From a virus (lineage: Duplodnaviria > Caudoviricetes), in IMG/VR virus record IMGVR_UViG_3300023081_000053, positions 1 to 31,220 of that record: a stretch of 31,220 bases of DNA, one strand, 5' to 3'. Position 1 is the stretch's first letter. Each line of letters opens with the position of its first letter. The translations under genes were made by a program, and so were the position numbers. Positions 1 to 8,400 of this stretch are shown piece after piece. Below the pieces are notes generated by a model that had not been told where the DNA came from, searched no databases, and was given only the letters and a program-made list of their open reading frames with translations.

Positions 1-2
1 CT

Positions 3-782
3 AGCCTTCAGCAAGCGTCTTCTCAAAAGGTTAAACCTTTTATCCAAGAAGTCGAAACAATGGCTAAAGAAAGGTTTGGTCCAGATATATTCCAAGGGCA
101 GTTGTTACCAACCCAGGGACCACTTGGTGTTGCGAATCTAGTGCCAAGTTATATATCAAATTTTGGCCCAAATGTCGGTTCACACCGCCCCCTTCCTCAG
201 CCTAATAACAATCTCTTTGAGCAACCACTGGAGCAAATTTTAAGGTCAAATGCTGCATTTGAAGGTGGTGAGGTTGCTCAACTTCAAGCCGCTAGATCTA
301 GTCCTCTTCCTCTTTCTCTTTCAAGTAATGTTTTTAGAAGCGCACTAGGCTATGCTGAAGGTGGTGAAGTTGAGGGGATGAACGAAAAAGAAGTTATCCT
401 AGAGGCCATAATGGCAATCAAGGGCTTGAAGGAAGAGTCTGAAGCTCAAATGATTTTAGGAAAATTCTTGGCGACATATGGTGAAGAGGCTCTGCGTGAT
501 CTTGTTTCGTCTGTTCAGTCTGGTGAGTTTGATGAAACGGTTGAGCGTTTTGCTGAGGGGGAAAAGGGAATCGTGCGTGGACCTGGTGATGGCTCTGGCG
601 AAGACGATAAGGTTCCAGCAACCCTAGACAATCAACAAGATGTATTGCTTACTGAAGGCGAATACGTTTTTCGTGAGCCAACAACAGATGCGTTAACTAA
701 AGCGTATGGCGGTGGGTTTTTAGATAAGATAAATCAGGCAGAGGAAAGAGCGCCAGAGGTGCTAAAAGAAATGGTGGGGTAA
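3..782 (+). CDS. Phage virion-associated protein, probably 5'-truncated by the window edge
   Basis: The frame is open from position 3, upstream of the ATG at 60. It carries (F/YA)EGGEV motifs and a C-terminal GPGDG..DDKVPA..LTEGEYV motif seen in phage virion/tape-measure-associated proteins. Confidence 0.65.
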   Translation, partial: SLQQASSQKVKPFIQEVETMAKERFGPDIFQGQLLPTQGPLGVANLVPSYISNFGPNVGSHRPLPQPNNNLFEQPLEQILRSNAAFEGGEVAQLQAARSSPLPLSLSSNVFRSALGYAEGGEVEGMNEKEVILEAIMAIKGLKEESEAQMILGKFLATYGEEALRDLVSSVQSGEFDETVERFAEGEKGIVRGPGDGSGEDDKVPATLDNQQDVLLTEGEYVFREPTTDALTKAYGGGFLDKINQAEERAPEVLKEMVG

Positions 783-1208
783 TTGAAGGTAAGTGCTGTT
801 CCAAAGGAAACAGTCAAGTATATATGGAAGGACGTTGAAAAGGTACTGAAGGAAAGTGTCGAAACAGCTATCGGTAAAATGAAAATGATAGATGTTTTAA
901 AGGGGATATTGGAAGACACTTACGTTCTTTGGGTTGTGTTTGAAGAAGACAAGATTGTAGCTGCATTCACAACCAGAATAATAAAGTACCCGCAACGCAA
1001 AAGCATGGCACTTGATTGGGTAGGTGGAAGTCGAATGAAAGAATGGCTGGATATAGGAATGGAAAAGGTTATAGACTTTGCTATTCAGAATGACTGTCAG
1101 CACTTAGAAGGCTATGGAAGAAAGGCTTGGGGTCGGGCTTTGCGAAAGCACAAGTTTTATCCAGAGTACATTGCGTTTCGTATGGAGATAGAAAATGGGC
1201 AAAGGTAG
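783..1208 (+). CDS. GNAT-like phage protein of the virion module
   Basis: 141 aa, TTG start directly after the upstream TAA. W-GG..M.EW and C..LEG.GRKAW.R pattern typical of degenerate GNAT-fold proteins found before ejection-protein genes. Confidence 0.55.
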   Translation: MKVSAVPKETVKYIWKDVEKVLKESVETAIGKMKMIDVLKGILEDTYVLWVVFEEDKIVAAFTTRIIKYPQRKSMALDWVGGSRMKEWLDIGMEKVIDFAIQNDCQHLEGYGRKAWGRALRKHKFYPEYIAFRMEIENGQR

Positions 1209-3234
1209 TTCGCCGCAACAACAGGTAGTTTCGACAGGTCTGCCTGAGTATGTTGACCCATATTTTAAGCGACTTCTCAAAGGCGCTGAAGAAGCGACCA
1301 TGCCATATTACCCAGACGACCCTGACAAGTATGGTGACTTAGCTGGTAAGTCCACTTATGTGCCATACGAAGGTGATCGCTTAACGTCATCCGCAGATTA
1401 TGGTGATATTACTCAGTCGCGGGATATGATCAGAAACATAGCCACAAGTCCGCTGGCAGGGATGACAACGGCTGTTGGCACTCAAAATGAAGGTATCGCT
1501 GGGCTTCGTAATCTAGCTTTAAACGCACCCAGCTTTACTGCATCTAATTTTTCTGCGACAGGTGTTAACCCATATAGTGGGTTTCAGGCTGGGTCTGCGG
1601 ATCCCTATAGTGGTTTTGCGGCAAGTCCCGCTACCGCTTTTACAGGCTTTCAAGCTGGCTCTGCGGATCCGTATAATAGATTTGATAGAAGTTCAGTTAC
1701 TGGATATGGCGGGTTTCAAGAAAGACAAGCTGATCCATTCTCTGATTTTGATAGGAGCAGTGTTGAAGCTTATGGTGGATTCCAAGCGGGTCAGGCCGAT
1801 CCGTTTAGTGATTTCACCCAAGCAGAATTTTCAAAAGCACAAGGCAAAGAGTTTGATTTTGGACCAGCACGTCAGTTTACGGGCGCTGAAGTGTCAGACT
1901 ATATGGACCCATACATGCAAAATGTTGTGGATGTTCAGAAGCGCGAAGCAATACGTGACTTTGGTAGGGGTCAGGCTGGCAGAGATGCAGCGGCTGTAAC
2001 GGCAGGTGCCTTTGGTGGATCACGTCAGGCTGTTGCTCAAGGAATGGCAGAGCAGAACCTAGATCAAAGATTGGGTGATATACAACAAATTGGAAGTCAG
2101 GCAGCGTTTGACCGTGCAATGCAGATGTTTGAGTCTGATCGTGCGGCACAAATGGACGTTGATCAGCGCCGTGCAGCAGAAGCGGCACGAGTTCAAGGCA
2201 TTGATGTTGGTGAAACAGGAAGAACGCAAACTGGTACAGCGGCTGAGATGGCTCGTACTCAGGCTGGAAGAGCGGCAGAACTTGCTAGGACGCAGGGGAT
2301 TAGTCTTGACGAAGCTGCACGGATTCAAGCAGCGGAAGCTTCAGAGTTGGCTAGAACCCAAGGCGTTGATGTTAGCGAAGCTGCAAGGACACAAGCAGCA
2401 AGAGCAGCGGAGCTTGCCAGAACTCAAGGCATTAGTATTGATGAGGCACGTAGAATACAGGCCGCTGAAGCCGCTGAACTTGCCAGAACGCAAGGTGTTG
2501 ACGTTAGCGAGGCAGCTAGAACGCAAGCTGCAGAAGCTGCCGAACTGGCTCGCACACAAGGTATTAGTTTGGATGAGGCCGCACGAATCCAAGCAGCAAA
2601 CGCCGCAGAACAGGCTAGGGTGCAAGGTCTTGATGCTTCGGAAGCAGGTCGTATCCAATCAGCCCAAGCTGCAGAACTTGCTAGAACCCAAGGTATTAGC
2701 ATTGAAGAAGCCGCTCGCATACAAGCAGCAGAAGCAGCGGAGCTTGCTCGAACACAAGGTATAGATGTTAGCGAAGCAGCCCGTGTGCAGAGCGCAAACG
2801 CAGCAGAGCAAGCAAGGATACAGGCGGCATTAGAAGCTCAGAGATACGGAACCGCTGGACTGTACGGTGATTTAATGGGCGCAGGTCGTGGTCTTCTTGG
2901 GCTTGGCGAACTTGCTCGTGGCACTGACATACAGGGTGCGCAATTACTTGAAACACTTGGTCGGGATATTCGCGGAGAAGATCAGGCTCGCCTAGACCTA
3001 GCGTATCAAGATTTCTTACGTCAACAAGACTATCCAATCAGTCAGTATGAACGCTTCGCTGGCCTTCTAAGTGGTGTACCTACTGGCAATCTGGACAGGA
3101 CAACAACGCAGTATGCTTCTTACAATCCAATCCAACAAGCATTGGGTGCGGGAATTTCTGCGCTTGGATTGTATAGAGGTCTTGGTGGTGGATATGGTGG
3201 TTATGGCGGTTATGGTTACGGAGGTATGCAATGA
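1195..3234 (+). CDS. Internal virion / DNA pilot (ejection) protein with 11-aa repeat arrays
   Basis: 679 aa, Ala/Gln/Gly-rich. MGKG N-terminus, YMDPY..VVD and AGAFGGSRQ motifs, two repeat arrays and a GYGG tail. Confidence 0.7.
   Translation: MGKGSSPQQQVVSTGLPEYVDPYFKRLLKGAEEATMPYYPDDPDKYGDLAGKSTYVPYEGDRLTSSADYGDITQSRDMIRNIATSPLAGMTTAVGTQNEGIAGLRNLALNAPSFTASNFSATGVNPYSGFQAGSADPYSGFAASPATAFTGFQAGSADPYNRFDRSSVTGYGGFQERQADPFSDFDRSSVEAYGGFQAGQADPFSDFTQAEFSKAQGKEFDFGPARQFTGAEVSDYMDPYMQNVVDVQKREAIRDFGRGQAGRDAAAVTAGAFGGSRQAVAQGMAEQNLDQRLGDIQQIGSQAAFDRAMQMFESDRAAQMDVDQRRAAEAARVQGIDVGETGRTQTGTAAEMARTQAGRAAELARTQGISLDEAARIQAAEASELARTQGVDVSEAARTQAARAAELARTQGISIDEARRIQAAEAAELARTQGVDVSEAARTQAAEAAELARTQGISLDEAARIQAANAAEQARVQGLDASEAGRIQSAQAAELARTQGISIEEAARIQAAEAAELARTQGIDVSEAARVQSANAAEQARIQAALEAQRYGTAGLYGDLMGAGRGLLGLGELARGTDIQGAQLLETLGRDIRGEDQARLDLAYQDFLRQQDYPISQYERFAGLLSGVPTGNLDRTTTQYASYNPIQQALGAGISALGLYRGLGGGYGGYGGYGYGGMQ
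1564..1827 (+). repeat. Coding repeat array: 8 x 33 nt (11 aa), ADP(Y/F)SxF-type
   Basis: VNPYSGFQAGS / ADPYSGFAASP / ATAFTGFQAGS / ADPYNRFDRSS / VTGYGGFQERQ / ADPFSDFDRSS / VEAYGGFQAGQ / ADPFSDFTQAE. Confidence 0.85.
2173..2832 (+). repeat. Coding repeat array: 20 x 33 nt (11 aa), xxExARxQxxx
   Basis: Units such as AAELARTQGIS / LDEAARIQAAE / AAELARTQGVD / VSEAARTQAAE, with 22- and 44-aa higher-order periodicity. Confidence 0.95.
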
Positions 3235-5444
3235 ACATTATAGAGCAAACAGAAGCTCTTAAAGACCTTCCTGATCAAAGACTGATGCAAGAGATGCAAG
3301 CCCCTACAGGATTTGCACCTCAGTTTCTTGTGCTTAGTGAGCTTAAACGCCGCAAAAGAATGCGTGATGAGTATCAGCGCCAGCAAGCTGCAAACATGAA
3401 GACAGTTGCAGAAGAAGCCGTAACTGCTGCAGGTGTGCCGCAAGAGGGTATCATGCAGATGTCTCAGGCCATGAACCCAAATAGTTCAATTGCACAAAAC
3501 ACTGGAGCGGACCAGAGACCACAGATGCAACCGACACAGGCACCTCAAATGATGGCTGATGGTGGCGTTGTTCGCATGTTCGATGGTGGTATTTCTGGCG
3601 GCACTATGTCTGCTATTGCAAACCTTAAAGCAAATTATCCTGATGTATACAGGTCGGCAGTTGAGCAGGGCATTGTTGAACAAATGGCAGAGTACATGCA
3701 AAATGTTGCTCAAGATGTGCCGTATGGCCTTGATGCCCTTGAAGATCCACGTAGCTTTGATTTTCTGCAAAGCATGTTTACTGACCCATCAAATCGTGCT
3801 GTAACTGAAAAACAAAAAGAAATAGAAGCAACGCAGCCAGAAAGAGCATTACAGGCAAGAGTCGATTCCAGAACTGCACTAAGTAGATATAGCGACGATG
3901 ATCCTATATTTGGCACGTCTGCATTGGAGCAGCGGGAAAGGCCAGTAACAGGGGAATACACTGCTGCGCTGGATATTCCAGTCACTAGCGTTGAGGGCAA
4001 ATTGCCACTGCCGCCTTCTGATCCATTGGGGTTAGTGTCAGATGGGAAAGATTTTGGAGTTAAAACCCCTTCAGGTAGTGCGTTGCCTGGTTTAATGCCA
4101 CCTGTTGTTGATGATGGTTTCGGCACGGAATCAATTCAAAATATGCAAGAACAAGAAAGACAAGATGATATTTATAAATTCTTAGCAGAGAAGGGGGAAG
4201 ATTTCCGTGGAGATTTCCCTAGTATAGCTATAGCTGATAGGTTAGATGAGGCTAACCTTGAAGGAGATGAAAAGTATAGAAAAAGAATACTGGAAGGAAA
4301 TCTTGCTGCACATACTGGGTTGTACTTTCCAGAAGGCTCTTCTGGTCGAGAGGTTGCTCGTAAAGATTTAAACCTTCGCGCTTTACAGTTCTTACAAGGC
4401 GATCAATTTACACCACCCAGTGAGATATACGGTAATCTTTTACGTGGTGATCCACTCGAAACCGCTAAATATCAAGAAGAACCCCCAGAAGTCATCCAAC
4501 AACTGTCAGATGATATATATAATGCAGATAGAGTAGATCAAGAAGCCAATGCGTTAAGATCTCTTGACCAGCAAGACATGAACGCTCAAAGGAAAAGCGA
4601 CGAATTTTTCCGCATGTTGGAAATCAACAACCCACCTGTAGCTTATGATCGTTCTCCGACTACAGAGTTTATTAATAATTTACTATCTGGTGGAACTGAT
4701 GAAGTTGATAACGAGGTATTTAAGGGACAGGCAATACCAGAAGATCTTCCTGAAGGATTCCAGCTTGGAATGGGAGCGGCATCAGAAGGTGCTTTGTCAT
4801 TCGGAAAGCTAACAGATGACACATCCACCAACCCCGCTGGGAACAAGGTGACTGGTGGTCAGAAGGCAAGCGCAACGTCATCTCTTGGTGGCATAGAAGG
4901 CCGCATAGCTAAGATGCTTGAAGAGAAAGAGAAGAGCGCCCAGAGCGACAAGTGGATGGCTCTTGCTCAAGCGGGTATGGCATTGATGGCATCTGATGCA
5001 CCAACTCTAGGGGGTGCCATAGGAGAAGCTGGTCTTGTTGGTCTTGGTGCATTGAAGAAAGGAAAAGATCAGTACGATAAAGATGTCCTTGATCTTCTGA
5101 CTTTGCAGCAACGCATAGACGCACAGAAAGCAAGGTCTTCTGGTAAAGGGGGTTTGACTGCAAGCAACATGATTAGCCTTATGGACGACTTGAGAAGGTA
5201 CAAGGGTGACATTCAAGATCGCATTGACGCCCTTAACTCTCCAGCCAATATAATGGATCCAGCAGAAAAAGAACGTCAGATAAAGGGCTTGCAGCAAGAG
5301 TTGTTCAGAACTGATATTGAGCTTGGCACATATCGTAACGCTCTACGCGGAACTGGCAGTATTGGTAGCCAGTCATTTGATGTAAGAGGTGGATCGGCGC
5401 AGCAACCTAGTGTAGGATACAGCTTAGGCACAGCTTCACAATAA
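3231..5444 (+). CDS. Internal virion (ejection) protein
   Basis: 737 aa, ATGA overlap with the previous gene and GGAGG upstream. Helical N-terminus, MADGG/MFDGG motifs, and a Gly/Ala hydrophobic segment (MALAQAGMALMA..GGAIGEAG) before a C-terminal coiled coil. Confidence 0.6.
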   Translation: MNIIEQTEALKDLPDQRLMQEMQAPTGFAPQFLVLSELKRRKRMRDEYQRQQAANMKTVAEEAVTAAGVPQEGIMQMSQAMNPNSSIAQNTGADQRPQMQPTQAPQMMADGGVVRMFDGGISGGTMSAIANLKANYPDVYRSAVEQGIVEQMAEYMQNVAQDVPYGLDALEDPRSFDFLQSMFTDPSNRAVTEKQKEIEATQPERALQARVDSRTALSRYSDDDPIFGTSALEQRERPVTGEYTAALDIPVTSVEGKLPLPPSDPLGLVSDGKDFGVKTPSGSALPGLMPPVVDDGFGTESIQNMQEQERQDDIYKFLAEKGEDFRGDFPSIAIADRLDEANLEGDEKYRKRILEGNLAAHTGLYFPEGSSGREVARKDLNLRALQFLQGDQFTPPSEIYGNLLRGDPLETAKYQEEPPEVIQQLSDDIYNADRVDQEANALRSLDQQDMNAQRKSDEFFRMLEINNPPVAYDRSPTTEFINNLLSGGTDEVDNEVFKGQAIPEDLPEGFQLGMGAASEGALSFGKLTDDTSTNPAGNKVTGGQKASATSSLGGIEGRIAKMLEEKEKSAQSDKWMALAQAGMALMASDAPTLGGAIGEAGLVGLGALKKGKDQYDKDVLDLLTLQQRIDAQKARSSGKGGLTASNMISLMDDLRRYKGDIQDRIDALNSPANIMDPAEKERQIKGLQQELFRTDIELGTYRNALRGTGSIGSQSFDVRGGSAQQPSVGYSLGTASQ

Positions 5445-5455
5445 GGAGATGACTC

Positions 5456-8400
5456 TTGGGCGTTATTCAACAAGTAGGTCAATTCTCTGGGAACCCGTAT
5501 TCATTTACCATTGCAGGTGATACACCTACTGAGCAAGAAGTTGCACGTATCTCTCAGATCTTGGATCAGCAAGAGCTACCCTATCGTCAGCAATACGAGA
5601 CACAGTATGGTGGCATTGCCTCTCTTAATCAGCCAATTGAGGAAGAAGAAGAGGGCGGATTTTTTAGTAGGCTAGGAGATCGCTTTGCATATGCCATTGA
5701 TGCACCATTAGAAAACTTTGCCACAACAGCAAGGTTAACTGGGTTTGATAGAACTGCAGACTTTCTAAGCGGCGCTGTTGAAATGCCAGAGAATTATGAA
5801 AGCGCCACAGAAAAGTTTCTAAATGAAGACGGTAGCTTCTACAACTTCTTGTATGCTCCAGAGGCAGTAGCAGAACAAGCGGGTCAATTCGCTGGCTCTC
5901 TTTTGTCTAGGGCAGGTGGTGCGGCAATAGGTGGTGTTGCTACTGGTGGTAGCCCTGCGGGTGTGCTGGCTGGTGCGCTGGCTGGCCCAGCTTTGTTTGA
6001 GGCAGTGCAGCTTGTCGGACCAATCGCTCAACAACGGGCAAGAAACAATGGCAGGGAGATACCCACTAAAGATGACTGGTTGGGTGCAATCTCAAGCGCA
6101 AGCGCATCTGGTGCGCTAAACGCAATTGCTCCTGGTCTGCAAGGCACTTTAAGAAAACTTATTGCTGAAGGCGGCACAGAAACTGTTCAGTCTGTTATTC
6201 AGCAAACAGGCGAGACTGCTTTAACAGACAAGGGCCTTGATATAAATCTAAGGCAAGCTTTTGGTGAGGGTATACTTGCGGCTGGTACTGTTGCTGCAAT
6301 ATCGGGACCCATTGATTACCTTAGCGAAAAGCCAAAGTCTGCATCTGAAATAGAACTTGACGAGGATCTGCAAGAAAGTGCTGTTGAAGACAGTGAGCGT
6401 ACTGGATTTGCATCAGACATTTCACAACAGTTGATGGAGCAAGCAGAGGCTCAGACTGAAGCAGCCATACAATCTGAATCCCCCCAGACAACATCAGAAA
6501 GCCCAGCTACTTTATCTGAGGTTACAACTGATAGTGAGTTTGAAAACAAGACCTACAATAAAGCCCAGTATGATCGTGTTCTTCAGCAAGTTAAATCTGA
6601 CATCGCAAGGGAGAAGGCTCTTAGCGTTACTGGAATTCAACGCGCTATAAAGACAGACCTGCCTGATACTAAGGTTAGTCAGGTTCGTGACATCATGGCA
6701 GAGCTAGAGACACGAGGATACGTTCAGTCTCAACCCACAACGACAAGAGATCTTCGGGCTGTACCTTTGTATCAGCCGACTGAAAACATAGTGCCTCAAC
6801 TAAAGACACCAGATGTGGCGTATCGTCGTCAGATTGATATTGCCAATGAGGCAATAGAAAAAAATAATAAAACTATAGACAGCCTGAAACTTGATCTGGA
6901 TTCTGTAAGAGAGTTTGGTCGTGACCTTCAAGGAAAACGTACAACTGAGAACGCAATAAATTATGAAATCACCAGACTTGGGGAAAGGAACAAGCAATAC
7001 AGTAGCGTTGTGAATGAAGCGCAGCAAGGATTGCAGCAGGTTGGAAGCTTGCCCTACGTTCCCAAAGTCACTCCTGATTTAAATAGAGCGCAGAAGATTG
7101 AGCGTAAAGTTGCAGCAGCAAAGGCGCGTAGTGTTGCTGATCAGGTGAAAGAAAAAGTTCAATCGAACAAACCCGTATATACGCCAGCCCTTACGGCTAA
7201 ACAGGAGAAGGTGTTTCAGTCCATTCGAAAGCGCCTTGATGGCTACGGGTTGAAAGATGTTAGGTTGGAAGCGGAGCAGTTAGTAAAGGCTCCAGACGGT
7301 GCGGGTATTGAGGGATCTTACAACCCAACCAATCGCATGATGAGTTTGTCTATGGGTTTGTATGACCCCAATCTTTCGGAAGCAGAATTGTTTAATCGTG
7401 TTGGAGAAGTTCTTGATCACGAAACAACTCACGCCCTGAAAGAGATGAATGTTATTACCCCCGCTGAGTGGAAAACACTCACTGATGCTGCAGCTAAAAT
7501 GCGGTATACAAAGATCAAGAGCGGTGAGAAGCAGCAAAGAAAGTATTCATACCTAGATCGTGCCAAGCGCATGTATGGGGATATGGGCGCAGAAATACAG
7601 GCTGAAGAAGCCGTTGCAGAAATGTTCCGTGATTATAACGCTGGTCGATTGAGCATGAAGGGCAAGCCAGTAAGCTTGTTTAATAAGATTAAAAACTTCT
7701 TCAAAGCTATTATTGGCGGTGCGAAAGCTAATGGCTTTACGGATGTGCAATCCATCTTCGATGATATTGTTGTTGGAAATATTGGGCAGCGCGAACGTGG
7801 CATTGCTGCACAAGAGCAGACAGAACCAACGTCTTCGCGTCAGTCACGACTAGCGGCAACAGAGGAAGAAACAACACCCGAACAAAACATTAGAATGCCA
7901 CTGAATGTTGCGGCACCGAATGATCAAATCCGCGCTGAAATACAGCGCATGACAAATCAGAACCGCCCACTGGTTAAGCAACTGATCAGACGGATTGATG
8001 AAAGGTACGGCACTAAGTCAGGCGACAACGCCAAAGACCTGTCAAAGGTTACGCAGAAAGCTCGTCGCCCATCAATACTGGCTAAGAAACCTTGGCATGA
8101 TGTTTCCCACATCCGTGATAGTTATCGCTTTAAGACAGTGATTGATGACTTCCGTGCAGTCCCTGCAATCTTCAATGAGTTACTTGCTGATGGGATATCT
8201 CTGGTCAAAATAGATACCAACAAGTTGTTTGAGCCAAAGGAATGGGGCTGGCGTATTATTGCTTTTGATTTACGTATGCCGAATGGGCAGCTTGTCGAAT
8301 GGTATCTGCCGCTGAGAGAGCTTGAAGTTGAGAAGAAAGCTCGTGGTCATTTGATCTTTGAGGAATGGCGCAACAAGACACAAGAGGAATTGTCAGCGCA

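Noticed and set aside
1562-2764. Long alternative-frame and antisense ORFs over the pilot-like gene (1562-1999, 2075-2764, 2341-2720)
   Set aside because: They are by-products of the repeat arrays, with no RBS and unnatural composition.
2173-2832. 33-nt periodicity resembling a CRISPR array
   Set aside because: Units are contiguous, in-frame and synonymously diverged, with no spacers.
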